NCBI GenBank assembly: GCA_965113315.1
Contig: OZ220368.1
DNA from: Podarcis vaucheri
Taxonomy: Eukaryota
Length of the DNA: 64,000 nt
Reading direction: 5' to 3' (one strand)
Shown here: piece after piece, positions 26,697 through 38,023 of the stretch
Layout: each line of letters opens with the position of its first letter
How positions within the stretch are numbered: position 1 is the first letter of the stretch
The notes under the pieces: generated by a model
Database searches by the model: none
What the model was told of the DNA's origin: nothing
The model's input: the letters and a program-made list of their open reading frames with translations, nothing else
Program-made: the position numbers and the translations under genes

Positions 26697-28037
26697 ATCT
26701 AACTGTTCTATGGTGCCTAAGGTGTCTCTGGCTCCTATTCCCTACTATGACCTGCTTCAGTTGTGCCATTATTAGAGTAAAGCCAAATGGCTTTCTATAC
26801 TGATCCTAAACATATTTATTTCAACTGAGCCTCCAAGTTTAGGATCACAGAATTTTAATGAAAATATAGATTCTGAAAATCATGAGCTCCCTACAGATAA
26901 ATGACATTGATTTTTTGAGCCATTACTCTTCTGGATAATCTGTGAGGAAAGATTAACTGTCTAAACTTTACTGACCATATTCTGGTCTATATACACCCAG
27001 GCTCTAGAGATCAACTTCTCTTCCATATTTTGGTCTAATGAAGATGCCTGTGCAAGAATATCAGTTAATATTTCTATCAATAGAAAAGGCTGAATAGCCT
27101 GATCTAACCTAAGTTGGTTTGCATTTCTGCTTCACAGGCAGAGTCTTCCAGTATACATAGGCACTGCAATGAAGAAATCCAAGGCTTGCTTTTTCCTTTT
27201 TTTGACAAATGAACCTTTGAAAAAGAATACAAAGGGACTGTGGAACACACAGCCTGATAAAGATAAAAGATTATCTGGAGGGAATAAACACACCAAAAGC
27301 AAAAAGTCTGCTTAATTCCATCACCAACAAGTGTGTCTGCTAATTGTCAAAACTTCAGATATCAAAGGGTTCCACCTTTGTGTAAAGAACACAAGAAGAA
27401 CCCTGGACCCTTCCAGCCCAGATCTAGTCCAGCATTCTGTTATTACTGTGACCAACAGATGCCTATGGGAAGCCCACAAGAATAACATGAGTACAATAGT
27501 TCCCCCCAGAACTAGTCTATGGCGCTACATCATTTTTATAATTAAAAACGCTGACTCATCTTTAACATACATTATGAACATCTGAATGCGCATTGGAGCT
27601 GCTTCCCATGACGACAGCATTGTGCTGAATCAGCGGGATGAGCATGGCAACTTCATTTCTACCCCAAGCCAAAAGTGAACACATCTGTGGGGGTAGCTCT
27701 CAGTTGCCTGAGCGAACTCTTTCTTTCTGTCCTTTTTTTACTCATTACTCATGCCGAGCCAGCCAAAATCGTAAGAATTAATGATTTATTTTCCAAGTAA
27801 TTTTAGAGCCAGTGCATAGCCCAAAAGCAATCTATCTTACAAAAGGAAAAGCCAGAGCAGCAGCACGATACAAATAATTGAGTCACCCAGTGTGAAAACT
27901 TTTATTGTAATGGTTATGAATGTATTTGGTGAGGCTTCCTAGGCAGGTTAGGGCAGGAGCAGACTTCTCTCCCATTCGTACGCAGTCACATTTTTGTCTG
28001 TGTTACCTCTACCCTTCATTCTCCTCCAACGCCAGTA

Positions 28038-28429
28038 CAGTGGTGCCTCGCAAGACGAAATTAATTCGTTCCTCAAGTTTTTTCTTCTTGCGAGTTTTTC
28101 GTCTAGCGAAGCACGGTTTCCCATAGGAATGCATTGAAAATCAATCAATGCGTTCCTATGGAGACCGTCCGGGGACAGAGGGGAAGCGCCGCGGGCCTTC
28201 CCCTCTATCCCCGGACCTGTTTTAAAGCAAGGGAAGGGGCAGCAGGGAGAATCGCTTCTCCCCGTTGCCGCCCCTTGGTTCAAAAGGGGTGCGGGGTGCG
28301 GGGGCAAGCTTCGTTTTGCAAAGCAAGCCCATAGGGAAATTCGTCTTGCGAAGCAACTCGAAAACGAAAAAACCTTTCGTCTTGCGAGTTTTTCGTCTCG
28401 CAAGGCATTCGTCTTGCGGGGCACCACTG
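28038..28429. mobile_element. Tc1/mariner MITE
   Basis: TIRs CAGTGGTGCCTCGCAAGACG / CGTCTTGCGGGGCACCACTG; TA TSD. Confidence 0.9.
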
Positions 28430-28612
28430 TATCTCAACCCCAGGACACCTTGTCATTGAGCTCTGGCGCTAATAAATTTGTGTATCTTCTCTGGTGTTGC
28501 ACTGACCAACAGTACTGAGAACCAACAAAGAATACACTTTTAATCCGACTTTTATTTTGGGGTAGCTCTTTTCTTGGGAACTATACAATAGATCTCTGGG
28601 GAACCTCTAATA

Positions 28613-28940
28613 CAGTGGTGCCCCGCAAGACGAATGCCTCACAAGACGGAAAACTCACTAGACGAAAGAGTTTTCAGTTTTGGAGGTGCTTCGCAAAACG
28701 AATTTCCTATGGGCTTGCTTCGCAAGACGACAATGTCTTGCGAGTTCCTGCTGGTTTTTTCCCCTTTCCCCCCCTTTTTCTAAGCCGCTAAGCCGCTTAT
28801 CAGCTGATCCGATCAGCAGATAAGCCGCTAAAAGCCGCTAATAGCGCTAATCCGTCAATGGGCTTGCTTCGCAAGACGAAAAAACCGCTAGACGAAGAGA
28901 ATCACAGAACGGATTCTTTTCATCTTGCGAGGCACCACTG
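28613..28940. mobile_element. Tc1/mariner MITE, same family, opposite orientation
   Basis: Same TIRs and TA TSD. Confidence 0.9.
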
Positions 28941-31215
28941 TAGATCAATGACAGGTTCTCCTGTTTTGTGCTGTTATTGGCTACAATTGCTCAATTGGCA
29001 TTTCAGCTTTTCCCATCCACCGATTAAAGCATCCTGGGGAAATATTCCTCTTGAAGAACAGACCTTAAGTGAGGCAGAACAAAATACCTGATGAAATCAC
29101 ACCACAGCCCTCCCAGGTAATGAGGGTATGCCAAAAACTGCTTTGACCAATTCTGCACCCTGAAGTGAAGCCTTTTCTTGCCTTGGAGAGAACTTGATAA
29201 GATCGAGTTTTAGAATCACAGTTCTTAACACAGCATGGCGCAAAGGCCTTTTCCACTGGTATCTCCATATGCCTCCTGCAGTTGCTTCTAAAGTCAGGAG
29301 ACCATCCAGAGTGGGATTCAACATGCAGAAGCTTCTGTCAGAAAACAAAATCAGCAACCCCTCTCCCTACAAGCCTAAGCACCTTTTGCTCATTCATATG
29401 GGTGTTAAGATCCCTAAATCTATTAACTGCCATATCTTAACTGTTTTATATAACTGTTTTTACTATTATACTACTTTGATGTGAGGCTACCATGCAGGTT
29501 GCTGATCAAATTACGTGGTCCATCAACACTGGAGCAATTGGAGCTCCTAGGCAAATTACTGGACCTACATATTCTTAATATGAATTATTCCTGTCAATGG
29601 GATTCTATATGACTGTCACATTAAACCATATGCATCTCTTTTGAGAGTGAATTTAAAATACACTTCCAAACAACATTATACAGTCAAAAAGCAACTAATA
29701 CTATTTAAGAAGCTTCCTGCCACTTTTACTGAAATACAATCATTTATTTTTAATCCATTGATTGCTTAAAAACAGGCCCTTAACTTAATACGTTCTGCTG
29801 ACAGCTCAAATAAGAGCTAATAAGCAGATTTCAGAGAGGAATGCAATTCATGATTTACCTCTTTTGATCATATTATATGACTCTTTGTGAAAGGTTCCCT
29901 CCATATTGAAGGAAGGGAACTACATTTAACCTTCTCAAATAGCATGTCACTCAGTAACATGTCAAGATATTTTACAGAAGGGATGATCAACCTTTCAACA
30001 TCAGAGCTCCAAAACCCTTAATTCCTATGTAGAGAAAAATGAATTTTGGACAGATGAACTTCAGTCACGCCACAGGGCTGAACAGCTTAAAAAGCTGCAC
30101 CTTCCAAAATATCCTCTTTTATACAACTATGAAAGTACAGGATCCCTATTGCTGAAAGGTTGGTCATCTCTGGTTTAAAGTGAGAGCTCTGTAATTCTTA
30201 CCAGTTAACAAGCAGCAAACTCCCCAGTCCAGTGCATGCTTACTCAGCTGTTTATTATCAGATTTACTTAAAGGTAAGGGCAGATTCTAAAAGGACCGCT
30301 ATGTTAGTGTCTTGCAATAAAATCAGACAGAACAGCCCAGTGGCACCTTGAAAGACTTAACTAATTTACTGTGACATAAGCTATTATCTGCCTTGTCAGA
30401 TGCATGAGAGAGATCATGAAAATACTACGCAGACAAAACAGAGGCCTGGTTTGCACATAACACTACGTCATGGTTTGTTTAAGCCAGGGATTGCTTAAGT
30501 GTAGTTTTCTAGATGTTGCTGGACTGCAGTTCCCATAACCCTTGACCATTCACCAAGTTGACTAGGGCTGATGGGAGCTGGCACTCAACAAAATATGGAG
30601 GGCCACAGGTTCCTCACTCTTGATTTAAGTCGTGGCTTGTTTAACAAACCACAAATTTCCTCACATGATTATATTCTAGCTTGTTTCTCCAAGGTTTCTT
30701 TTGTTTTCCAGCCGTTCTCACATTTTGCCTTTTATTACTTGTTGAGGCTCTGGTGTTGAGTGGCCAACAAACCATAGTTAACGGTGCTGGGTTCCTGCAT
30801 GATGCCAAGCAAGAAGGCAAACACAGTTTCATAAGCAAACAAACCATGGCTTTACACTGTGGTTTGCTGGTGGCAATTGTGGTAAGCTTCTGGGCAGGAT
30901 TCTCACGTAACACTAACCCATAATTTAATAAGGTATAGCTGAAAAAACAAAGTTTACAGTTAGGTGCTAACCAGGCCAATCAGTCATACATCAACAATCT
31001 TCACTAGCTTCATTCTCACTAAGGTGGTCAAAGGGAAAAATCTGCCATGTGAGTCCCCAGCAGGAAATATGGCAAGATGCTGCCCAGACACAGTCTAACC
31101 ACCTCCGTGAGGACAAGCAAGCTCTAGTCCAGAGGTGGCTAATTTATAGGCATCAGTTCCCACCATCCCTGAACATCAGCTGTCTGGAGGGGCACGTGTT
31201 AGTGACCTTCTACCC

Positions 31216-31351
31216 CAATGTTTCTCAAACTTGGGTCCCCAGCTGTTGTTGGACTACAACTCCCATCATCCCTGACCACTGGTCCTGACAGCTAGGGGTG
31301 ATGGTAGTTGTAGTCCAACAACAGCCGGGGACACAAGTATGAGAAACACTG
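31216..31351. mobile_element. Short palindromic hAT-type MITE
   Basis: TGTTTCTCAAACTTG...GAGAAACACTG with an internal GGACTACAAC / GTTGTAGTCC palindrome. Confidence 0.7.
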
Positions 31352-32373
31352 CTCTAGTCCATTAAAGACTATGGCAAAATGTGCTAAGTCTTTAAGGTCC
31401 CACAAGACTTTGCCGTTTTTACATCCAAGTATGCATAATTAAGATTGCAACCTTAGTAAGGACTCAAATTGGACCTAAAAAAAATTAAACCTAGTGACCA
31501 ACTAAAAAAAGAAAGAAAAAGTCCTCTGCCTCTCTTTTGCAACTAAGCAGACTTTTTTCTTTTCTTCTGCATGTCGAGTCCATCCATTGTCCTCCCACCA
31601 TTCCGTTACCATGATTTCTGAGAGTTGTCATGGATATGCATGTGAACTTTCCCAGACTAATAACTTTCCTAAGAGTAAACCTAAACACCCTTTTTTAAAA
31701 TAATGGACTTCTAGGGAAATAAAGAAAATGAGAGAGAATGAATCCAGCCCAAAGTGGTTTATTGATGTAATCAAAGTATGTTTTTATTTACTCATCCAAT
31801 TAAAACAGCCTAACTATGTAGTTAGCAAAAGTGGAATGTATTTCAGGTACAATCCAGAGTTATGGACATCCTTAAATGTCTCCCAATGGAATACAAGAAC
31901 TTTAAAACACTTAATTATGACTAGATTGGATACACCGTTGTCATTTTTCTCATTCCCTGCCCCATCCCCTAATCCTCTATTATACCTTCTCACACCATTC
32001 TTGCAATGTAGGCTAGGCTGCGAGATCAAGAGATCCTCTTGATTACTGCATCAAATGCAGTTTCAGTTTTTGCTTTGAAAAAATATTAAAAATTGAGTGG
32101 CATCTTTTCTCTCTCCCTCTTTACCAATCTCAAGCCATTTCCTTGCCTATCTAACCCAACAGCTCACACCGGCTCCACAGCCTCTCTGTCTCTTAGTAGC
32201 TTAAGATTCACATCAGTTCTTCACAAAGAGAGAGTTCAGGGTGAGTCATATCCAGAGAAGTGGGCTTTTCTCATCTCCCTTCCTCCTCTCAGGGACAAAC
32301 ACAACCAGCTATTCATTCTTTGGCCAAACAAAGCAGGAGAACAATGTTGTCAGCAGAGTTACACAGGCAGCCC

Positions 32374-32841
32374 ACTTCTCACTCTTTACTAACTTTCCAA
32401 AACACATTAGTTAGGAAGCCAGCCCCATCCTAAAGTCCTGCCTTCACTTAAGCCTTTGCCCATATAACACCGCCAAGGCTTCCTGAGCCGTTCAACAGTA
32501 AGGTAATTTTGGTGCAAATCAGTAAAACGAGTGAAAGGGGTTAGGTTAGGGGGAGAAAAGCAACATAAATTTAGTTAATTCCCAACTATAAGAATAAAAT
32601 TCTATTTGATAGGACTCCTAACTAAAGAGGTAAAAAATTTTTAAAAGGCCAGCACATTTTAGAAACTTACTTTAAGAGGAATGTTTTGTACATCAATGCC
32701 AGTTGTGTCTGCTGAGAGAAAATCAGCTGGGATGCATAATGGGCAAATTCCATCACATTCTTACTACCATAGTAACCTGTTTTTTAAACAGACACACTTG
32801 CCTTTTACAACTCAAAATACGCAATTGCTGGCAACTCTTTA
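32374..32841 (+). repeat. Left arm of ~468-bp inverted repeat
   Basis: Reverse complement of 35983-36449, with about 15 differences by manual alignment. Confidence 0.95.
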
Positions 32842-34203
32842 ATAAAAGCTCTCTATTATTAACATCTTTCTAGTCCAAAGGAATCCCTGGTCAAATTAAG
32901 CAAAGCCAACATAGTGGAGAGCACAAGCGTTAGTAAACATCTTAAAGGCATCTGAATAAGCAGCTTAACCCTTGCAGAATACCGTATACACTGCAAACAT
33001 TAGAATCTGGTATACTGGAGAGACAAGTTGGCACTGAAAAGTACAACAGAGCTGGTGATAATTATGATTATTGTTTTCTGAAGCACTTCATGGTACTTTA
33101 CCAAATACAGAAGGGCAGGTCCTCGCCCACAATGAGTTTACCATACAATCAAAAATTCAACACATGAAGACAGAGAAAGGAGAGTGAAGTGGAGGCAAAG
33201 GAGATGTGCTTGCTGCTGTTACACATATATAGGCTTAGGCTGCAAACACACCATACTTTTAAAGCACATTCACACACACCCCAGAACAAAACACATCTTG
33301 GGAACTGTATGCGCATGCGTTTGTTATGCGTGATCAACATTGTAGCTCTGTGTGGAGCTAAACTACTGTTTCCAGGATTCTTTGGGACATAGGAACGGTA
33401 CACAGGCGGTCCCGTAAGACGCAGGAAGTACAGTATTATATACCTATACACTGATGAATCACAGAAAGAAATTTAAAAGCTCTTAAAAGACCATCTCCAA
33501 CCTCCTATGCCAAGGGAAGACAACCCACCAACTTTGACTCTCACTGGTAGTTCCAACAATGCAGAATGTTACAATAATAAGACAAGTGGATTAAGGAAGG
33601 GGTGAAAATCAGTTATGAATATTTTACCATATTATCCAGGATAATCTTTGACAACTGAATTTTTAAAGATATATTATACAATCATTCCACACGCACACAC
33701 CTTCTTTACATATTCAGACTACCAGCTCTAACTCTAACACAATTAGTAAGCCACATCATGTGTGCTATTTGCCAAATGTAAGTCAATCTTAGACGTTTTG
33801 TTATTTACCAGTTATTTGACTTTGTACATTTAAGTTAGCTCCATTCAACGGCCTTTATATTAATCTTTTTTTGGGGGGGAGGGGGAGAAATAAACATGCC
33901 ATATCTATATACATGTATCAGCCTGTATTCACAAGCACTAAACCATTGATTACGCTCTTCACTTTAATGCCCCATCAACATGACTCTAACGTGTGATGAA
34001 AAACCCAACCTTTCGCTCTCCCTACTGAGGTTATGAAGGGAACTGTTAAGTAATCTGCATTCAACAATCTTGTGTAGCCTTTCCATAGAAATCAATTTTG
34101 TTCCCCAAAAGCATTCTCTTCTAAAACCTGAGTAGGCAATTTCAGAATGGAAGCTATTCCTCCTAACTACAAACCAACCAGCATTCCTCTTGATGTAGTA
34201 GCC

Positions 34204-34527
34204 CAGGGGTAGGCAACCTAAGACCCGGGGGCCAAGTGTGGCCCAATTGCCTTCTCAATCCAGCCTGCGGATGGTCCGGGAATCAGCGTGTTTTTAAATA
34301 AGTAGAATATGTCCTTTTATTTACAATGCATCTCTGGGTTATTTGTGGGGCCTGCCTGGTGTTTTTACATGAATAGAATGTGTGATTTTATTTAAAATGC
34401 ACCTCTGGGTTTTTTGTGGGGCATAGGAATTTGTTCATTCCCCCAAAAAAAATAATAGTCCGCCCCCCCCCACATGGTCTGCGGGAAGGTGGACCCGCCC
34501 ATGGCTGAAAAAGGCTGCTGACCCCTG
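34204..34527 (-). mobile_element. hAT MITE (family A)
   Basis: Reverse-oriented homolog of 12496-12812; perfect TSD TAGTAGCC. Confidence 0.9.
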
Positions 34528-34647
34528 TAGTAGCCAGAAACCCTGTGCGCACTTCATGGCGAGTCTCGTTGGATCCGGTAGGGCTTACTTCTGAGTAAAC
34601 ATGCAACATGGGCCCGGACTACACACAGCCTTCTTTCTACTCCCGTC

Positions 34648-34674
34648 AATAATAATAATAATAATAATAATAAT
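34648..34674 (+). repeat. (AAT)n microsatellite
   Basis: Read directly. Confidence 0.9.
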
Positions 34675-34849
34675 GATGTAACAAAAACTCCAGCTCCGCA
34701 AACCTTAAATCAACCCGGCGTTCTTTTTGCTGTTGCATCGAACGGAACTTTCCTCAAAAGAATACACCGGCGTGTATTTTTATTATTATTATTTTGGAAA
34801 CCAACCACCCTGCTCAAGTTTTTCTTTCATCGCTCTACATAACCAAAAA

Positions 34850-35340
34850 GGCGCCACTCTTACCTCAGGGGATGCTGCTTCGCAGCGCTGGAAGGGGAAA
34901 ACTCGGCAGCCGCGCACTATTCGCCCCAATTTGGGCAGCCGGAGAGACTTAGCACGCCGCCCCGCTCGTCGGGCGCGGGTCCACCGCAGGTTCTCTTCGG
35001 GCTCCGTCGTTCACCTTCAAGCGGCTTGGCCGGGGCAGGAGCGCTGCATGGTTCCCCGACCGCTGAGCCGGCGGTAGTGCTGCTGCGAGGCGAGTTTCGC
35101 GGCTCAGGCAAGCAAGCAAGCAAGCAAGCAAGCCGCCAACCAACCCCGGGCGGCGCGCGCTGCAAACTCAGGCAGCTGCAGGCACGGCGGCCAAGCCCCA
35201 CACGAGGCAGCGCCGGCGCTCCGGGAGTGATTGAGCGCCGCTCCGCAGCCACACCCCTGCGCCGCCGGAGCCCCCTCCAGAGGAGCTATTTACATACGGT
35301 GACCTCCCGTTGCCCTTTGCCGCGTCGAGAACTTTTCCTT
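34850..35340. promoter_or_regulatory. CpG island / proximal BCAR3 promoter
   Basis: High GC and CpG density. GC-box-like CCGCCCC near 34956. TATTTAC (FOX-like; TATGTAAATA on the minus strand) at ~35287-35296. Confidence 0.85.
34864..35260 (-). other. BCAR3: BCAR3 non-coding first exon (5' UTR); TSS approximate
   Basis: Lies in the only strong non-TE CpG island. Consensus donor CTGAG|gtaag at 34864. An in-frame TGA sits immediately before the junction, so translation starts at the exon-2 ATG. Confidence 0.8.
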
Positions 35341-35859
35341 TAGTCCTCCCCATAATTCTTCCTTTTAAAACCAGCTCCCTGAAAAAGTCATGATTTACTA
35401 CTTCCTAAAGGCAACCTTTTTTAAAAAAATATTGCCGCTAGGTCAGGCCAGGCTGTTAAGCGCAGCTGATTTCATTAGCTTGAGCCCCTCCCTTGACTGG
35501 CATCCAATCTTCCCAGCCATAGTTTGTGGTGGGTGGTTTTTTTTCCCTTCTTGTCAAAAACTATTCACCATGTCAGCCAAAGGGGCCCGCATACCAGCAA
35601 ATAAGCACGCTTAATTAAAACAGCAGGTGAGGAAAGCAATAAACAAGACAGCCCTCTCGCCCCTGTGTGATTTCATCCTTCGCCAGGCTTAAGGAGAAGA
35701 GAAATTTATACCACCGCCCACCAAATGTGGATATCCGACGGGTCAAACTGAGCCGCAATACTGGCAGCCTCCAAATGGTCATATTATTGCCATGGTTTGA
35801 AGCAAAGCCGGCCCTAACATTGGGCAGGATTCAAGTGGTCCATCTATAACAGTGCATAT

Positions 35860-35976
35860 ACCTGAATCCACCCCCATTGTTCAGCCCGGACACTGAGGTC
35901 CAGCTCCGAGGGCCTTCTGATTCCCTCACTGTGAGAAGGGAGGTTACAGGGAACCAGGCAGACAGTCTTCTTGGTA
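35860..35976 (+). mobile_element. L2-type fragment, truncated at the inverted-repeat arm
   Basis: Reverse complement of part of 48745-48870 (TTCAGCCCGGACACTGAG..GGGAACCAGGCAGA). Confidence 0.7.
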
Positions 35977-35982
35977 GCTTGG

Positions 35983-36449
35983 TAAAGAGTTGCCAGCAAT
36001 TGCGTATTTTGAGTTGTAAAAGGCAAGTGTGTCTGTTTAAAAAACAGGTTACTATGGTAGTAAGAATGTGATGGAATTTGCCCATTATACATCCCAGCTG
36101 ATTTTCTCTCAGCAGACACAACTGGCATGAAGTACAAAACATTCCTCTTAAAGTAAGTTTCTAAAATGTGCTGGCCTTTTAAAAAAAAAATTACCTCTTT
36201 AGTTAGGAGTCCTATCAAATAGAAGTTTATTCTTATAGTTGGGAATTAACTAAATTTATGTTGCTTTTCTCCCCCTAACCTAATCCCTTTCACTCGTTAT
36301 ACTGATTTGCACCCAAATTACCTTACTGTTGAACGGCCCAGGAAGCCTTGGCGGTGTTATATGGGCAAGGCTTAAGTGAAGGCAGGACTTTAGGATGGGG
36401 CTAGCTTCCTAACTAATTTGTTTTGGAAAGTTAGTAAAGAGTGAGAAGT
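35983..36449 (-). repeat. Right arm of ~468-bp inverted repeat
   Basis: Reverse complement of 32374-32841. Confidence 0.95.
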
Positions 36450-37780
36450 TGGTCAGCTCATCCCTTCTCCAGCCCCTATCATATCACAAACTGCTTTTGA
36501 AAGTCTCCTCGTTTTCAATAGAAGTTTGCCTTGCAGCATGAAAAACTGCCCGTTCCGAAATTCAAGTGCTTATAAATCTAGTTGCTTGGATCCAGGCCCA
36601 AGGCATGTTTTGGTAATCATGTGGAAAATGTGATTATATGGCTTAGCCAAGAGGGACTCTCATCATTAGTTGCCATTCGGACTGAGCTGGGACTAGAGGC
36701 ATACCTGGGCTTGCTTGCACCTTTAGCAAGGCGATGTATTGGCACGAGTGCAAACCCATCTCCATTAAAAAACATGGCGTAATTCACAATCACAAATGAC
36801 CCTTAAGCTGAGCATTTAACAACGCAATCCTATAAATGTCTACTCATCAAGTTCGTTGGGGTTTACTCCCAAGAAGCTAGGTGCATAGGACTGCAGTCTA
36901 AATCTAGCAAGCCAGAGGTAGGAACTTCAGACAATACCTCACTTGCCTTCTCACTTCTGACGAGGTGCCAGAAATAAGCCCCACTTAAGTCAATGGCCAT
37001 TGCTCTCTGGGGTCTTGGGCGGGCTGCCCCTCCGCCAGATTGCTTGATCAGGTGCCTTTTCCAGTAGCACCAACTGTGACTTGTTGGGAAAATACAACTG
37101 GGCAAGACAGCTGGCCAGCAACAAACAAGCATCTAACCAGCATCAGGTCAGAAGGGCAGCAATTGGCAGACGGCAACATCCATGTCCAGTGTCTGCCACC
37201 TGAAGAACAAACCATAATACTCAGCCACGGTTTGAAATTGGCTTAGTTCAATAAGGCACAGTTAACACTAGCCACAGTCTGAGCTTGTTTGGACAGAATG
37301 CTAAATAATGGTTTAGTAAGCAGGCTTCAGGCTTAGAAGCTCCCCTCACATGGACGTGAGGAAGAAATCTGAATCTTTGGCTTGTCTGTTACTCACTATG
37401 TTGAAACCTGGATAAACTGTAGCTAGTCTTAACTTTGATTTAGGGAAACATGCCGACTTCAAACAACAATTCACAATCTTCTTTCCCTAAACCATTGTTT
37501 GCGGTTTGGATAAATCATGGTTAATTTAAAATGGAAGCAACTGCTTCCAGACTCTCTGTCATACATGTGCTGATGGAGGGAGAGTACCTGAAACTGAGGT
37601 AGTTTAGTATTTTGTCTTAACCAGATCATTTGTTAGGCATGAGAAGTTGTGGTTAGTTAAAAACAGCAGAAAATGCTTCCAATTTCCTCTAAGCCGTGCT
37701 GGAGGAGGATGGGGGCATATGGGCCTGAGGTTTGTGTATGTAACACTAAACTATGGCTTAGTGTTGTATCTAATACAGTA

Positions 37781-38023
37781 CAGTGGTACCTCGGGTTACA
37801 TACGCTTCAGGTTACATATGCTTCAGGTTACAGACTCTGCTAACCCAGAAATAGTGCTTCAGGTTAAGAACTTTGCTTCAGGATGAGAACAGAAAATTGT
37901 GCTCCGGCATGGCGGCAGCAGCAGGAGGCCCCATTAGCTAAAGTGGTGCTTCAGGTTAAGAACAGTTTCAGGTTAAGTACAGACCCTCGGAACGAATTAA
38001 GTACTTAACCCGAGGTACCACTT
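37781..38023 (+). mobile_element. Tigger-like MITE (family B)
   Basis: TIR CAGTGGTACCTCGGGTTA; TA TSD. Confidence 0.9.

Noticed and set aside
34727-35353. Several 60-116 aa ORFs in the CpG island
   Set aside because: Stop-codon depletion in GC-rich DNA; exon 1 has an in-frame stop before the splice to exon 2.
32374-36449. Inverted repeat as the long TIRs of a transposon that captured the promoter
   Set aside because: No target-site duplication in the flanks and no known TIR motif; the interior is host promoter.
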